This document shows positions 60,453-64,000 of a stretch of 64,000 nucleotides of DNA, one piece after another. Source of the stretch: Oligoflexia bacterium. GTDB lineage: Bacteria; Bdellovibrionota; UBA1018. The stretch is from assembly GCA_963758495.1 (NCBI GenBank), contig CAVWVI010000003.1, positions 1,056,001-1,120,000 on the forward strand, written 5' to 3'. A model generated the notes under the pieces. That model saw only the letters and a program-made list of their open reading frames with translations, was not told the origin of the DNA and did no database searches. Within the stretch, counting starts at the first letter, position 1; every line of letters starts with the position of its first letter. Both the position numbers and the translations under genes were made by a program.

Positions 60453-63368
60453 ATGAAATTTACAAAATTACTGATATCCACAGTCGTTGCTCAATCGCTT
60501 GTTCAAAACCCATCTGCTTATTGCATGGAAGCTTTCAGAAATGGTTTTCAAATCGGCGTTCAATCGCGAACCCAGTTGACAGCAAATCTAAGAGCAAATC
60601 CCCAGAAGCTCCGACAAGATATCTTTGTTGAAAATGCCAAATTCCAATTTAAAACTCACCAAACGCTCCATCCTTTAGCGGTTATCGAGATCGCCAATGA
60701 GGTCGCTAGAAAAAGAGCAGAGGGGATACGTGATCAAGTCGATTTTCTTCAAAACATGAATACGCTCGATGCCGCTCTCAAAGAGCGAAAGCAGATCGCG
60801 AATGGAAATGCCACTTATAATCCTTTAGAATCCACCGAATCCAAAGCTATCCGAGATTCTATTGGCGCCTTTTCCTCCGTACTTAATTCTGAACACACAG
60901 GAGGTCTCTGGAAATCAGGACTCGTAGCTGGATTACAAAACTACCTCAATCTGAGCTCTCAAGCCTATGACCGCATCATAGGCCCTAAGGATCAGCAAAA
61001 AGCGCAAATTGCAGAATATGTTGACTTTAAGGCTTTTGAAGATCGATCTAGCAAAGTCCTGAGTGAAATGAAAAACTTAGCAATAGCGGATCGAGACTAT
61101 GCAAACGCATTGCGAACCTACTTAGCAGGATACCAAATTTCTTTGGATGCACGCGCAGAAGATCTTCTAGATGCCACCAAAAATCCAGAGTTTGCCCAAG
61201 CTGCAGGAATTCAAGAAATTCGGAATCTTCTCCAAAATCAGCAATTCACTTTAAATGCGGATACAGCCATTGAACTCACAACAGCACTCAAAGCCCAATT
61301 TGAAGACATTGTCCGTGTTGAAATGCGAGACGCCATCAGTCAATTTGCTACTCGCGAAACTCCACCTGTTGGAAAAAAATTAGCCGAAGCTGATCGATTG
61401 GCTTTCGCAGCTGCAACGGAAAGTCTAGCGCGAGACGCTCACCGATTGGAAGGAATTAAGGCGGCGGCGTCCATCTTGAAAAATCTAGTTGATCCTGGAA
61501 CTGTACGGACCATTCGCACCCTTGAAGGAATTGCTAGCAGCAGTGTTCAGATTTCTTCAGCGATCAATAAATTCACAAAAAATTTAAAGGACTCAAACCT
61601 GAGCAGTGGATTTGACCGTGTTCTTTCTGGAGCCATTCTATCAGGCGATCTCCTTTCAGTAGAATTGAACTTGGCTGGAATGTTTTTTGGATCAGGCCCA
61701 GATCCAGTCATGGCTCAGCTCCAAGAAATCAACCAAGGAATTGACCAAATCAAGGAGATGATTGTCGGATTGTCAGAGATGATTGAAGGTGTTTCTAAAC
61801 AGTTGAACGAGAAGCTCGATTACATTATCAAATATCAAGAAGTCCGCTTCAATCATATCGATACCCAGCTCACCCAAGTCCTCAAGAATCAGGGAACGAT
61901 TGTTAGATCTCTGAATCAATTGATGCAAGAGGCACAAAATCAAAATCGCCAATTGCATCAACTCCGTGAGCAATTACTGATTCTAAAATCTCAGAATGAC
62001 CAACAAAGGATTGAAAACTCTAGCTCTCTTAATACTCTCCTCAAGGGTCAGCAAGAAATTGCTGACCTGATTACAGAAAAGGATTTACGTAAATGCCTGA
62101 TAGCCCGTCGTCTTTTTGCCGGTGTGCCCATCAGCAGACGAGACTTCATGGACTGTTATCATGCCATTGATATCTGGATGGCTAGCAGAGTGGGAGCAGA
62201 TAGCATAGATGGAATTCAATCAATGACAGACGATACCCTTTGGGGAACTCTTTCTGGAGCTTCTGAAGAAAGAAAGCAGGAGATCGCAATCGTCAAGGCC
62301 CTTCAGTTTTTAGGAAAAGACAGGCTCGCGATTTCCCGCCCCGCACGTTGGGGAAGAGGAGCAAGTCTTATTTCTGATCTCTTTCTCAAAAATCTTGACC
62401 TGATTCCAACGATGGATCAGAGCGCTCTGATAGACCACAATGAGCGGCAGGGGATTTTTGATCGCCTCGGCTCGCAAATCGAAGAGTTCTACCAATTCCA
62501 GCGAGTTTTAAAAGATCGCAATTACTTGGGCGAACTTTTTGGACGCTACAAAGCCTCACTAGAAGAACTCAGAACCGCAATGCAAGCTAGCCTAACAGCA
62601 GATCTCAATAAAGCTGCACAAACTGAGGCTCATGATTTGACGGTCTTAAAAGCACGCGCTTTTGAGGCTTTAATCAATCCTTACTATGAACCCAACAACG
62701 AAGATAACCCTGTTCGGTTCTGTGAAACTCATTGGGAAGCATGCATTTCTAAAATGACTCTGAATGCAGAATCTTGTCATTACCTCTTAAAATCCACCGA
62801 ATGCCAATCGATCGATAGGTACCAGCATGAGGTAATAAAAATACTGACTGACAAAGGTCACGATGGGGTTTTCGATAATATCCTGGATCATTTGTCTCTC
62901 TACAAAGAGCTTATCAACCAGACACTTAAATTCCTGTATCCCCGCTCGTTTAACTCAAAAGCATGGATGTCCCAACTCCTTGAAGGCCCTGCTCAAATAC
63001 CTAGCAGACAAGACGCCTTCTCCATACTATTTGATATACCTGCTAAATTCCGTGAAAACCGAAAAGAATATAGTTTTTTACCTCTACGGGTGTTGATCGC
63101 TAATCGAAGCGAGTTCGAATACAATTCCTCCTTCTATCCTGTACGAGCGATAGAAAAAGGCCTTGAGCAGAGTCAAATGACTGATCCAAACTATTTAGAG
63201 CTAGAACCTACGTTAGAAATGGCAATAGATAAAATCTATTATCTACAAAACATTATTAGTAATTTGAAACCTTTTACAAATGTGAGGGACTTGGATCCAG
63301 TACCTCAAAATACCCAAACTAACAGGAGTTGGATGGGAAATCTAAAATCCTGGCTAACTCGAAAATAA
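60453..63368 (+). CDS. Large alpha-helical coiled-coil hypothetical protein, probably exported
   Basis: 971-aa ORF from ATG 60453; central hydrophobic segment VLSGAILSGDLLSVELNLAGMFFGSGPDP followed by a long heptad region. Confidence 0.75.
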   Translation: MKFTKLLISTVVAQSLVQNPSAYCMEAFRNGFQIGVQSRTQLTANLRANPQKLRQDIFVENAKFQFKTHQTLHPLAVIEIANEVARKRAEGIRDQVDFLQNMNTLDAALKERKQIANGNATYNPLESTESKAIRDSIGAFSSVLNSEHTGGLWKSGLVAGLQNYLNLSSQAYDRIIGPKDQQKAQIAEYVDFKAFEDRSSKVLSEMKNLAIADRDYANALRTYLAGYQISLDARAEDLLDATKNPEFAQAAGIQEIRNLLQNQQFTLNADTAIELTTALKAQFEDIVRVEMRDAISQFATRETPPVGKKLAEADRLAFAAATESLARDAHRLEGIKAAASILKNLVDPGTVRTIRTLEGIASSSVQISSAINKFTKNLKDSNLSSGFDRVLSGAILSGDLLSVELNLAGMFFGSGPDPVMAQLQEINQGIDQIKEMIVGLSEMIEGVSKQLNEKLDYIIKYQEVRFNHIDTQLTQVLKNQGTIVRSLNQLMQEAQNQNRQLHQLREQLLILKSQNDQQRIENSSSLNTLLKGQQEIADLITEKDLRKCLIARRLFAGVPISRRDFMDCYHAIDIWMASRVGADSIDGIQSMTDDTLWGTLSGASEERKQEIAIVKALQFLGKDRLAISRPARWGRGASLISDLFLKNLDLIPTMDQSALIDHNERQGIFDRLGSQIEEFYQFQRVLKDRNYLGELFGRYKASLEELRTAMQASLTADLNKAAQTEAHDLTVLKARAFEALINPYYEPNNEDNPVRFCETHWEACISKMTLNAESCHYLLKSTECQSIDRYQHEVIKILTDKGHDGVFDNILDHLSLYKELINQTLKFLYPRSFNSKAWMSQLLEGPAQIPSRQDAFSILFDIPAKFRENRKEYSFLPLRVLIANRSEFEYNSSFYPVRAIEKGLEQSQMTDPNYLELEPTLEMAIDKIYYLQNIISNLKPFTNVRDLDPVPQNTQTNRSWMGNLKSWLTRK

Positions 63369-63400
63369 CAGAAACCTATAAATAAATGAGGGGAAAATAA

Positions 63401-64000
63401 ATGAATACAGATATGAAAAAACTAATCAACTTATGGCTATTATTAATAACCTTAGATTTCAGTGCCTGTGGCTCCAGTCAAAGCCCTAATGAACCAATCT
63501 TCAGCGAGACTCAAACTGAAAAACCTGTTGCTCTTAATAAGCAGCCGCAATCTCCACAAATTAAAGTCTCGACACTCAGACAGAGCCAAAAACAGCGGAA
63601 ATTTTGGAACGGGAACAGATAGCTCAACTCTTTCCTATCCACAGACTCCGACCCACTGATAAAAAAGAGACTTCCTACACTGAAGTACATCAAAAAATGG
63701 AAGCCCTTCTGTGATCGCCTGGCAAGAATTTTTATGATGCTGAGAAGTTTGCTGAAGATATAGGTTATCGAGAGCGAACTTGTAAAGATATAGATACGTT
63801 AGCAACTATGTCATACATCATATTCAAAGTAATGCATCTTCATCCCGATTACGTTGTTGGATTCAAGAAAGTGAAGAAGACATTAACTCTGGTACGATCG
63901 GTAAATTCACCAAAGCTAATATTCGTTCACGACTGTGAAGAGTAACAAGTAGCGCCTTGAGTTATGGGCTAGGACTACGTTGCAACATGGAAGACTTACT
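63401..64000 (+). pseudogene. Lipoprotein-like gene with multiple frameshifts (decay or low-quality sequence)
   Basis: RBS GAGGGG and lipobox FSAC; protein-like reading continues in shifted frames (DTQTEPKTAEILEREQIAQLFP...). Confidence 0.5.

Noticed and set aside
59708..64000. Prophage or contractile injection system locus
   Set aside because: Only an isolated collar-like domain with a signal peptide; no sheath, tube, baseplate, capsid or integrase genes within the window.

Overview
Bacterial chromosomal window, most consistent with a Bdellovibrionota/deltaproteobacteria-like organism (inferred from gene order and content, not from a search). Positions 1-9 kb hold the minus-strand core cluster tRNA-Thr/Tyr/Gly/Thr-tuf-rpmG-tRNA-Trp-secE-nusG-rplK-rplA-rplJ-rplL-rpoB (rpoB runs off the left edge). 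rplL, secE, rpmG and tuf carry single-base indels that are most likely consensus errors. The remainder is a housekeeping backbone (TrmH-family methyltransferase, pyrF, NtrY/NtrX-like pair, pyrD, RsmB-family methyltransferase, acyl-CoA dehydrogenase, rsgA, serA plus a D-2-hydroxyglutarate dehydrogenase-like gene, thrABC, recO, a galE-gmhB fusion, an MsbA-like ABC exporter, glyQS, ppdK, smc, lolA, yajQ, rimO) interrupted by accessory patches. Main leads: (1) a 2.4-kb integrase-free islet bounded by an identical 118-bp duplication of the lolA 3' end, encoding a lipoprotein with an S-HxxxE (LnaB-like AMPylase) motif next to a secreted 2H phosphodiesterase, a candidate writer/eraser or toxin/immunity pair; (2) a signal-peptide-bearing phage tail-collar/fibre-tip protein upstream of a 971-aa coiled-coil protein with pore-former-like architecture; (3) a roughly 400-nt structured, terminated unit with a 33-aa TGPP-ending ORF between ppdK and smc; (4) a stand-alone 23-aa lysine-rich micro-gene missed by the ORF track; (5) a decayed variable patch at 25.8-29.8 kb. 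No CRISPR array, rRNA, integrase or intact transposase was seen. All family assignments are by visual motif recognition only.
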